In this document: piece after piece, positions 47,742 through 55,901 of the stretch | Position numbering within the stretch: the first letter of the stretch is position 1 | Layout of the letters: each line of letters begins with the position of its first letter | Source of the DNA: a virus | Lineage: Duplodnaviria; Caudoviricetes | Strand: one strand, 5' to 3' | Virus record (IMG/VR): IMGVR_UViG_3300030012_003256 | Span: 1 to 55,975 of that record | DNA: 55,975 nucleotides | The notes under the pieces: model-generated | Told to the model about the DNA's origin: nothing | Databases searched by the model: none | The model's input: the letters and a program-made list of their open reading frames with translations, nothing else | Position numbers and translations under genes: made by a program

Positions 47742-48002
47742 TTTTATCTCTCCATAAAGGGCGAGGAAAATAGGTTCATGCCAAAAACCAGCACTATTAC
47801 TGATGAGATAAGTACTTTCCTATTTTTAGTCGTAAAACCCCTGTGCAGGAAAATAAAGGCGTATAGCGTCAAAGACTTACAAAAGAAGTTTGAGGGTGTT
47901 GCGACCAACAACACCAACCCATTTAGGTAGCACCATTTCCTTATTTTTTATTTTGCTTAAACCTGCTATCAAATCGAGCGCACATGAGGCTCGAAGTGAA
48001 TA

Positions 48003-48185
48003 TTATTCAATAATTAGTTTTGATTGATTTCCATTCCAAGTGATTTCAATTGGAATACGGAATGTTCTTTCACCAATCGCACCACATTCCAAACAAACAA
48101 AATGCTGGTCAATTACATTAAATCTACCATCAATCATTCTTAAGTCTTCTGCGGTTAATTCATATTCATCGTGTAGACAATTCAT
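48003..48185 (-). CDS. small Zn-binding protein
   Basis: C.H...CLECG. Confidence 0.5.
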   Translation of the reverse strand: MNCLHDEYELTAEDLRMIDGRFNVIDQHFVCLECGAIGERTFRIPIEITWNGNQSKLIIE

Positions 48186-48240
48186 AGTTGTCCCTCCAAA
48201 TACTTTTCAAATAGTTGTTCAAGTATTGCATCAATATATT

Positions 48241-48462
48241 TCATTCATCTTCCTCCGGTAGATTAGTATATTTCACAATATGATTACATCTGGCAAAGTG
48301 AGCAATTTCTTCTACTTCAATGGCATAATCATCTGCTTCTTGCCATTCATTCAATATATGTTCAAGAATGCTGGTGTTCCAATCAGGATATTCCATCAAG
48401 AAACAGACCACATCATTGTCTGACCATTTATCTACAATTTTCATAAACTCTTCATATTTCAT
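48241..48462 (-). CDS. hypothetical protein
   Basis: ATGA-coupled ORF. Confidence 0.5.
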   Translation of the reverse strand: MKYEEFMKIVDKWSDNDVVCFLMEYPDWNTSILEHILNEWQEADDYAIEVEEIAHFARCNHIVKYTNLPEEDE

Positions 48463-48746
48463 TCTTCTTCCTCCGAAAGTTTCTTAAGCATTTCTTGGAC
48501 TTGTTTTGCCCAAGAATCAACACATAGCATATCGAGGAAAGCATTTCGGTAGTTTCCGTCTTCGTAATGTTTTAGTGCATCTCTCATACAAAGTGCCATC
48601 ACATGAATTTTTCTTTCTGGTTCAGAAAGAATATCTTCTTCTGCTTCCGTATATTTGCTGTTCAGTTCAATTTTAAATTCTTTTAGTATCAACATTTTTA
48701 TTTCTCCTATGTTTTGTTTAGGGCTTTGCACCCTTTTGAGCGTCAA
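48459..48746 (-). CDS. hypothetical protein (start probably ~48695)
   Basis: ORF track. Confidence 0.5.
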   Translation of the reverse strand: MTLKRVQSPKQNIGEIKMLILKEFKIELNSKYTEAEEDILSEPERKIHVMALCMRDALKHYEDGNYRNAFLDMLCVDSWAKQVQEMLKKLSEEEE

Positions 48747-48808
48747 AATTATCCAATTCGTTCACGCTTACACGAACAGAGCAGGGGAAACATCATCCCT
48801 GTGGAATA

Positions 48809-50242
48809 TCAATTAATTCCCGGCCTTGGGCCAACAAAGAATAAATTCTGCTTTGCTCTGGTAATAGCAACATAACAAATGTTGTTTTCCTCATGTCCTC
48901 CCTTCGGATGAGGCATTCTATTCGTAGCAAGGATATAAACATTATCTGCTTCAAGTCCCTTTGCTTTATGAACAGTAGAAAGCATAATTTCTCCAACATC
49001 AGGATTGTCAAAAACACGCTTAATTTCTTCAATGATTCCACCGACAGTTGTTGCTTTACCAACAAAGATAGCGATACAATCCCGCCTATCTTCAAGAGCA
49101 AAGGCTTGAGACTTTTTATCTTCGCTAATTAATTTTTCATATTTAAAATCAAAGTCTTTCTCATACAATTGCCAGAACTCGTCTGAACCCATATGTTTAT
49201 TCTTTGAAATCTTCTCAACCGCCATAATTAATCCTTTAGTCATATCACGACCAAGAATATATGCAGATTTACCCGCACTAATTAATTCGTAAAACGCCCC
49301 AACTAAAGGTGCATTATATCTACAAAGAACCATATCATCTGCTTGTGGATTAAACGGAGCATCTTCAATGACACTACCATTAATTGCATTTTCATGGTAT
49401 TTTAGTTCAGGAACATATCTATTGGCTTCTTTAACAACCGATACGGGACACCGCCATGTAATTGAAAGAGGAAAATCGCTGATTTTTCTCTCGCCCTTTG
49501 AAAGACGCTGATGAAACATGGCAATTGAGTTTGAGTCAGCCCCACGGAAGCCGTAAATTGCTTGGTTTTTATCACCAACAATAATACAACGACCACCATT
49601 AACGCTTCGCATAATCAACTCACGCTGGCTTTCATTGAAATCTTGTGCTTCATCAACAAATAGAATATCATAGCGAGGAAGAGGGTAATTATTTACCAAT
49701 GGCAACCAAACCATGTCATCAAAATCAATCAAATGAGTTTGAGTTTTGCACATCGTAAGAATGGCTGGCATGGCTTCAAGAACGATATTTAATTCTCGTT
49801 CTGAATGAAAGTTGATGTTATATTCACCAATAAGTCCGTGTAGTGATTTGATGTCTTTTGCATCAATAAGGCTACCTTTGACTAAAGAAACCAGTTTCTT
49901 TACAGGTGGTATGTGAAAGTCCTTCCCAAGAAGTTCTTTTACAATATTATTTACTTTAAAGTTATTCACCTTTGTTCTTACTCCAGCACTACGAATAGCG
50001 GCAAATCCAAAGGCATGGAAAGTTTTTGCTTCTACATTGTCCGGTAGTCGCTCTTGTAATTCAGTAGCAATTGATTTATTGAAAGCCAAAAATGCTGCTT
50101 TTGTATTTTCAGGGAGTCTGTTTGCACCTTCAACAATAGTGAAGGTTTTACCGCATCCTGCACCTGCGCTAACAAATACATGGTCTTCTGTGTTTTCAAT
50201 TGCATTCCAAATGTTTTCTTGTTCTTGTGTTCCTTTTATCAT
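48809..50242 (-). CDS. SF1 UvrD/Rep-like helicase
   Basis: AGAGCGKT, AFNK, TFH, VDEAQD, VGD.NQAIYGFRGA, TVHKAKGLE, YVAITRA. Confidence 0.92.
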   Translation of the reverse strand: MIKGTQEQENIWNAIENTEDHVFVSAGAGCGKTFTIVEGANRLPENTKAAFLAFNKSIATELQERLPDNVEAKTFHAFGFAAIRSAGVRTKVNNFKVNNIVKELLGKDFHIPPVKKLVSLVKGSLIDAKDIKSLHGLIGEYNINFHSERELNIVLEAMPAILTMCKTQTHLIDFDDMVWLPLVNNYPLPRYDILFVDEAQDFNESQRELIMRSVNGGRCIIVGDKNQAIYGFRGADSNSIAMFHQRLSKGERKISDFPLSITWRCPVSVVKEANRYVPELKYHENAINGSVIEDAPFNPQADDMVLCRYNAPLVGAFYELISAGKSAYILGRDMTKGLIMAVEKISKNKHMGSDEFWQLYEKDFDFKYEKLISEDKKSQAFALEDRRDCIAIFVGKATTVGGIIEEIKRVFDNPDVGEIMLSTVHKAKGLEADNVYILATNRMPHPKGGHEENNICYVAITRAKQNLFFVGPRPGIN

Positions 50243-50346
50243 GTTTCTTTCTCCTGTAAATTAGGGAATAGGTGGAGAAGGAGGCAAAACCGAACTTAAT
50301 CGGTCATACTTCGTTTGTTGCCCCTGCCTCAACTTCTCCGTGAAAA

Positions 50347-50433
50347 TGGTGCTGAGAGCAGGATTTGAACCTGCGAACCGTTAAGGACAGGAGTTTAAGC
50401 CCTGCGTGTTTAACCATGCTCCACCATCTCAGC
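50347..50433 (-). tRNA. tRNA-Leu(UAA), CCA encoded
   Basis: GCTGAGA...CAGGG-CT-TAA-AC-TCCTG, long variable arm, GTTCAAATC, TCTCAGC-A-CCA. Confidence 0.9.
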
Positions 50434-50582
50434 ATTTGAATTTGTATAATGAAATGAGAATATTTACATTAAATAGATGGAATAGTGCAACCATTCGGCG
50501 CACTTCAACAGGGGCAGGAGCGAGCCGTATAAGACCGGCGGCACCCCCCTCACTCTTTGTTGGCTGTTTGATTAAATCCTCA

Positions 50583-50843
50583 TCAATTAAACCTAATGAG
50601 GTAGATAAGCCACAAACAAAGACCTACAACAATTGACCCCCAAAAAAGTCTCAATCGTACATTGTTTGGAGGATTACATTTTTTCTTCAAGCAGTAATGA
50701 CTGGTTGAAATAACCCCATGATGCACATAGGATTCAAGAAGATGATTTGAACCTTCAGGAATATCAATACCGCAAGACTGGCAAATATAGTCTTGTTTTG
50801 CTTTGACATAAACTTCTTCAACAAGACGCATTAAATCACCCAA
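50583..50843 (-). CDS. Zn-finger plus C-terminal TM protein
   Basis: KAKQDYICQSCG..I; hydrophobic C-terminus. Confidence 0.5.
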   Translation of the reverse strand: MGDLMRLVEEVYVKAKQDYICQSCGIDIPEGSNHLLESYVHHGVISTSHYCLKKKCNPPNNVRLRLFWGSIVVGLCLWLIYLIRFN

Positions 50844-50910
50844 AGGAGGAAGAAGAGAGGAAAAGCCCGAAAGCCCCCAAGTTCATGCGCCTCTCTTCTT
50901 CCATTTGTGG

Positions 50911-50949
50911 AAAAGGGGGGAATAGGGAACCTTGGCTCCCTATTCCCCA
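50911..50949 (-). terminator. terminator after 50996-51463
   Basis: GGGGAATAGGGA...TCCCTATTCCCC hairpin plus T-run on the minus strand. Confidence 0.6.
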
Positions 50950-50995
50950 TTGTTCAGTTCAAGGAACTGGAAATGCAAACAATAAAGAATTAACT

Positions 50996-51463
50996 TTATT
51001 CTTCGGAGGAAAGGAGGGAATCAACGCTTCCGTCCCATTGTCCGTCTTTATACAACTTTCCGAGGTTGTTGCGGGTTCGCTTAACAACTGCGGAAGCGTA
51101 TTCATTTGCATCTTCAAAAGCACCGCCACCAGATTTGATGTGCTTCATGGTAATTGCACCGATGATTTCATCGTGGTTAAAGTAGCCAGTAGCGGCTTCT
51201 TCAACAACTCCACAAATTCGGTCAATTGATACACGAACTGCGGCTGGAACAGCAGATTTTTGACCCCTTCGGAAAGGTGTGCCATCTCTGCCCTTCAAAA
51301 GTGCTTTCAAAGCACCTTCGGCGGCGGTTCGCTCATCAGGGTTGTTAGACCCAATTTGCAGGTTCAATTCAACGACTTGACGCAATCCAGCATCAAGCGA
51401 GGTGTCGGCTTCAAGGTATTCATTGACCTCAATAACGAGGCTTTCCCATTGTGTGTCGTCCAT
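50996..51463 (-). CDS. unknown protein, paralog family member 1
   Basis: Shares L.LG...D.R, RRG..S, GG.F, YKDG.WDGS with 53552 and 54725. Confidence 0.7.
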   Translation of the reverse strand: MDDTQWESLVIEVNEYLEADTSLDAGLRQVVELNLQIGSNNPDERTAAEGALKALLKGRDGTPFRRGQKSAVPAAVRVSIDRICGVVEEAATGYFNHDEIIGAITMKHIKSGGGAFEDANEYASAVVKRTRNNLGKLYKDGQWDGSVDSLLSSEE

Positions 51464-51499
51464 ATTTTTTCAACTCCAAGCCATTTTGTTGGCTCTGAA

Positions 51500-51535
51500 C
51501 TTTCCTCTTGTCAATGGTATATAAGGGGCTTCATC
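51500..51535 (-). promoter_or_regulatory. archaeal-type promoter, twin of the Ubl promoter
   Basis: GATGAAGCCCCTTATATA..TTGA.AA.AGGAAAG. Confidence 0.7.
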
Positions 51536-51724
51536 TCCAAGGATGAGGTGTAATTTTTGCACCGCCGAAGGCAGAACCGAATCCGGCGAGGGCAGATTTG
51601 AATTTGCATAGCGGCATCTTTCAATCGTGTTTAAAATGAATCAAATGATTTCTTTTATCTTTACTTTGCCCTAATGTAATTAATTGTTCAAAATGAATAG
51701 CGATTGAAAGACATTAACGCTTCC

Positions 51725-52055
51725 ACGCCATGAGAACCTTTCTCATGTGTTTCGCAGTCCATGAGAATCGGGGTTATGCAACACAACCTTTTCAAAACTA
51801 AACGAAAACAGCATTTTGCCCCACCTTTTTCGCATTTCTCATTTTCGCATGGGGGGCCATGATATTCTCCCTCTCATAATAGGGCACTTGTGTAAAGACA
51901 CATAAGCCCCTAATTTTAGAGGGGCATATTTCAGACACAGTATGATAATAATGAGAATATGATAATATATGTAAAACATATATCTTCTGCTACACAACCC
52001 TTTCATATTTGAGGGGATAGTGTTTCTCATCCCATGAGAAGTTCATGCGAAACAG
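51725..52055. repeat. cluster of ATG(A/C)GAA / TTC(T/G)CAT iteron-like repeats (candidate origin)
   Basis: About 12 copies in both orientations in the noncoding gap at the strand switch. Confidence 0.5.
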
Positions 52056-52293
52056 TTCATACTTCTCTATAATACTAATATTCATATTCGTATTCTTATA
52101 CGAATTAATATAAGAACAATTGAATACTACCCAAATGACTCAATATCAAATTAAGGGGTAATAATTTATACAAAGTAATGCAGTTGAAGCATATGTAAAA
52201 CAACATAATGTCGCTTTTAATGATGTATTCAAACCATATGGTTTGAGACACTTTGTAGACTTAAACCCTATATTCTCTAAGAATGGCTTAATT

Positions 52294-52578
52294 ATGTGCA
52301 GAGAATGTGTAAAAGCCTTGACCACCATTAGCCCGTTGATGAAAGCCCACCTCAAAGAGAAGTTCAATGAGTCTATGAAAAACGATTTGAAGATTCTTGA
52401 TGCCAATGTTCCGTTTCTTCGTGCTTACGAAATGCACGCTGAAGCCCTTAAACACACCATTGATTCGGTCTTGATGGAAGAAATCGGTGATATGGTCGTT
52501 TCTCTCCTTACCGGCGATATGTCCGGCATGATGGAAATGTTGGGCGAATCCAGCGACTTTCAAAAGGAGTGGGCTTGA
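52294..52578 (+). CDS. hypothetical early protein (probably leaderless)
   Basis: ATG 28 nt after CCCTATATT; MCRECVK start. Confidence 0.6.
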   Translation: MCRECVKALTTISPLMKAHLKEKFNESMKNDLKILDANVPFLRAYEMHAEALKHTIDSVLMEEIGDMVVSLLTGDMSGMMEMLGESSDFQKEWA

Positions 52579-52737
52579 ATGAAGAAAGAAATGAAAGAAA
52601 TCGTGTTTGAAATCCTTAACTATGCTGTTGATGCCTTGAAGTATGAAAGCCGTGGTGATGAACATTACAAAATCTCTTTGAGTCTTCTCAAAAGTTCTTC
52701 ACAACAACTTTTCTATTCTTGGGAAGAGGAAGAATAG
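52579..52737 (+). CDS. 52-aa hypothetical protein
   Basis: Manual ORF with AGGAG SD. Confidence 0.55.
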   Translation: MKKEMKEIVFEILNYAVDALKYESRGDEHYKISLSLLKSSSQQLFYSWEEEE

Positions 52738-52819
52738 TGCCTTCGGGCCATTAAAACAAAGCATGACCATATGGTTGTATTGCTTTGCAATTAAAACCAT
52801 ATACTGCAAAAGCACCCCT

Positions 52820-53400
52820 CTTTTGCTTCGGGGGTCGCTCCCCCGAAGGGGATTGACCGAATACCCTTGTTGGTGGGGGTAAGGTGTGATTTTTCTTGTA
52901 GTGAGACACATAGCGAATATGACGGCCAAGCGGTATAGATTATTTGTTCCCTGTGAAAGCGATTAAGGCTCAAAAGGCGCATGGCTACTAACCATGTTCG
53001 TAAAATCAGCAGACTGGCTCTTAAGACACTAAGAGCACCAAAAAGTGAGAGCGACCCAATCGTTTCAGTCTTGGAGATACCCAATTCTTCATCCCATCCT
53101 TCACATTCCTATGGCTATTAGTGGCCATAAAACCATAGTGAAACAAAGCCGAAACACAGCGTAGTAAATCGTGAAAGCAACAAGTAGCCTTCTATTGGTA
53201 TACCAGTTTTAGGAATAAGGAACAAAGTAGCGTAGTTAAGCGGATATGTATGGAGTAGGCGGCGTTTTATTCTCACAGCCACCTGTTAGAGAGCAACTGA
53301 TGTAGGAAACAGCATTGGCAATTGTAAAGGCACAAACGGGCATATTAGTAAAAATATCAATCATAATGAGACTTTTCCCTGCCCCGTTTGTTGCCCCCTC
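52820..53400 (+). ncRNA. candidate large structured noncoding RNA (~570 nt)
   Basis: Cassette-type promoter and end motifs, no + strand ORF >=60 aa, many hairpins and long-range complementarity. Confidence 0.55.
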
Positions 53401-53551
53401 AAAATATATTGGGGTTAAACATTACATTTGCAAAGCATTAAACCATATGGTTGTAGACTTTGTATTACAACCCTATTATATTCAATAGGGAATCCATTGT
53501 TGCTTCAAGGGGCTAACTTGAGCAACACCAACCGAAAAGAGGTGAAAAAAC

Positions 53552-54091
53552 ATGAAGAAAAACAACTGGATAAGTAATGCAAACAAAGTGCGAGCATGGG
53601 CCGAAAATCAAGACCCAAGCGATAACTTGAGTGCCGTTATGCTTTCCCTTCAACTGGGAGACAATGCGGCCAATGATGACCTTCGTTCTACCTATTGGAC
53701 AGCAATTCGTTCAATTGGTTCAACTATGGATGGTTTTCCACAGGCCCGCCGTGGCAGGGAAAGCAATCTATCAGAAACGCAGGAACTTGTTTTGGCGACT
53801 GTGGAGGAAAGCGTGGCATATGCCTTTGCTCAAATCCCTACTGAATACCACGAACTACTCCTTACGGTAATTGTTCCACACGGGCGAACTGGTGGCGTTT
53901 ATGGCTCCTTTGACGAATTGTGCGCTTCTTTCAAGAAGCAAGCACATAACTACATCATTCAATCAATGAAGGATGGTCGTGTGGCTATGACCAAAGACGG
54001 CGAATTTGACATGAAGGGCGACCTTCTTCAAATCACGCCCCGAACCAAGCCTATCAAGGCTGAATCTGACGGAGGTTCGGCAGAAGAGTGA
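53552..54091 (+). CDS. unknown protein, paralog family member 2
   Basis: GAGGTG SD; DDLRSTYWTAIRSIGS..FP.ARRGRES..PHGRTGG. Confidence 0.8.
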   Translation: MKKNNWISNANKVRAWAENQDPSDNLSAVMLSLQLGDNAANDDLRSTYWTAIRSIGSTMDGFPQARRGRESNLSETQELVLATVEESVAYAFAQIPTEYHELLLTVIVPHGRTGGVYGSFDELCASFKKQAHNYIIQSMKDGRVAMTKDGEFDMKGDLLQITPRTKPIKAESDGGSAEE

Positions 54092-54230
54092 TTGCAACAG
54101 GTTAGCCCCTTGTTGCCCCCTTTAGCCTTCGGGCTATTGGGGTTCGCCATTACATTAACAAAGTCTCAAACCATATGGTAAGAGAAACTTTGTGGCTACG
54201 CACCCTATATTGTATTAGTTAGGCTTTATC

Positions 54231-54461
54231 ATGTTTACCCGACAGCATTACGAAAGAATAGCCGAAAACCTTGCAGATAACCGAGAGGTTCACCCTAAGA
54301 CCATTGAAATTATGATTTGGTCATTCAAGTGCGATAATCCACGCTTTGACGAGAACCGCTTTCTTGAATACTTCTACGCCGAATATGTCGAAAGCCACGG
54401 TTTCCAGTACCCTTGGGTATTGGAAGAGGATAACCCAAAATTGACCATTCCTCATGTATGA
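54231..54461 (+). CDS. hypothetical protein (leaderless)
   Basis: TRQHYE.IA...F..DNPRFD..RF motif seen in small phage proteins; same promoter spacing as 52294. Confidence 0.7.
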   Translation: MFTRQHYERIAENLADNREVHPKTIEIMIWSFKCDNPRFDENRFLEYFYAEYVESHGFQYPWVLEEDNPKLTIPHV

Positions 54462-54724
54462 GGTAAAACCGCCCGACAATTGGCGACCCTCGGCCAATTA
54501 GCCCGACCCGAACAAACAGGGAAGGCAGGGATTAAAGACCACCCACGGAGAAAAGGGTTAATTCTCCGTGGGTGGCATCGGGCCGTTTCACTTAATTAAC
54601 AAAGCATATTACCATATGGTTGTAATGGCTTTGCCTGCACTTTAATTACAACCTTATACTGAATAGTGGGGTCTTGGTTGCTTCGGGGAGTTATGAAGCA
54701 TCAAACCCACTTGGAGGAATTGAT

Positions 54725-55231
54725 ATGAATACGAAAAATTGGACGAAAAACACGAATGCCGTTCTTGCGTGGCTTGGGCGTGAAGAACGAGGTGATAACG
54801 GTAAGGCCATTGAATTGAGCATTATGCTTGGAAATGGTGCAGAGAACGACGATATGCGTTCTACTTACTGGACGGCTATCCGAAGTATTGGGAGCGTTTA
54901 TGACGATTTCCCAGTCGCTCGCCGTGGTCGGGAGTCTTCACTTCCCGACTATGTGGAGCAAAATGCGCTTTCTGTGAAGAATGCGGTTCAAAATGCCTTT
55001 GCCACCATTGGTAGTGCTGACTTGATTTTGCAGGTCATTCTGCCTCATGGACGAACTGGCGGTGCTTTTGCAGATATTGAAGCATTGGCGGAGAACTACG
55101 CTGAAAAGGCGTACAAGGCTCTTTTGACCGGCTACAAAGATGGTCGTTGGGATGGCTCGCTTGATGGCGAAATGCCCAACATGACCCCACCTGCCGTGAA
55201 AACGGCTGAAGGAGGTCAAGAAGAGGAATGA
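54725..55231 (+). CDS. unknown protein, paralog family member 3
   Basis: GGAGG SD before ATG 54725; DDMRSTYWTAIRSIGS..FP.ARRGRES..PHGRTGG. Confidence 0.8.
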   Translation: MNTKNWTKNTNAVLAWLGREERGDNGKAIELSIMLGNGAENDDMRSTYWTAIRSIGSVYDDFPVARRGRESSLPDYVEQNALSVKNAVQNAFATIGSADLILQVILPHGRTGGAFADIEALAENYAEKAYKALLTGYKDGRWDGSLDGEMPNMTPPAVKTAEGGQEEE

Positions 55232-55288
55232 TGCGGATTAACTCCCCGTTGCCCCTTTTTGGGGTTTCCGTAAACTGGCAAAGCCAAA

Positions 55289-55494
55289 CCATATGGTTGT
55301 AAAGTTGTTAATAACTACTATATAGGTTTGTATAACTGGTGTAGTTATTCATCATAGATGGCTGTAAACAATGTTTAAACAGTTGCGTAATGCGTTCTAT
55401 AGAAAAGCGTTAGTGTATATTTAACGAAATAAACAAAAAGAAATGGTAGTTATTAACAACTTTTCGCGCTTCATAAGAACATACAACCATATGG
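55289..55494. repeat. nested inverted repeats
   Basis: Perfect 18-bp IR at 55301-55318 / 55446-55463, inside inverted CCATATGGTTGTA copies. Confidence 0.75.
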
Positions 55495-55664
55495 CTTTGT
55501 TTCAAATTTTTTAAATTAGTTTGTTTTAAAGAATTATCGTTTAAACCACCTATTTTGAATAAAAACGCTTTAATTATTCATCTTTAAAGCATTAAATTAC
55601 TTTGCCCCAAGGCAATAACCGCCACTATTATAGGGTATGGCGTTCACCCAGTAAATGATACAGA

Positions 55665-55901
55665 ATGTCTCCCGAACAAGAGGCAAAAGACAGATTAACC
55701 GAAGTATTCACAATAATCAAAGATACTCTAGAAGATGCAAATAAGAGTAAACGAACATTAAGGAAACTTACTGATGAAGAGAAAGCCGCAATATCAGAAA
55801 TAACAAATAAATTAAAACAAGTTAGAACTAATTTATCCAATTATTTAAAAACATTTAGAGTACAAACAAGCCTACAAGATTTTAACACGGGCCAAAACTG
55901 A
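55665..55901 (+). CDS. coiled-coil hypothetical protein
   Basis: 78-aa ORF; TATTATA upstream. Confidence 0.55.
   Translation: MSPEQEAKDRLTEVFTIIKDTLEDANKSKRTLRKLTDEEKAAISEITNKLKQVRTNLSNYLKTFRVQTSLQDFNTGQN

Larger units (their letters stand above)
52234..55494. repeat. dispersed palindrome (AA)CCATATGG(TT), 7 copies
   Basis: At 52234, 52767, 53443, 54171, 54612, 55289, 55487; all intergenic. Confidence 0.85.

Noticed and set aside
47800-47850. Hammerhead ribozyme at CTGATGAG
   Set aside because: No correctly placed GAAA after a stem II, and it is on the strand opposite local transcription.
50522-50545. Group II intron domain V (GAGCCGTAT...)
   Set aside because: The rest of the D5 hairpin and D6 are absent; no RT/maturase.
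52699-53084. Minus-strand ORFs 52699-52929 and 52791-53084
   Set aside because: Antisense to the cassette promoter, no SD, atypical composition; treated as spurious.
52234-55494. CCATATGG repeats as a CRISPR array or integron attC sites
   Set aside because: Repeats are short and irregularly spaced (200-730 nt); no integrase in the window and no attC R/L box structure.
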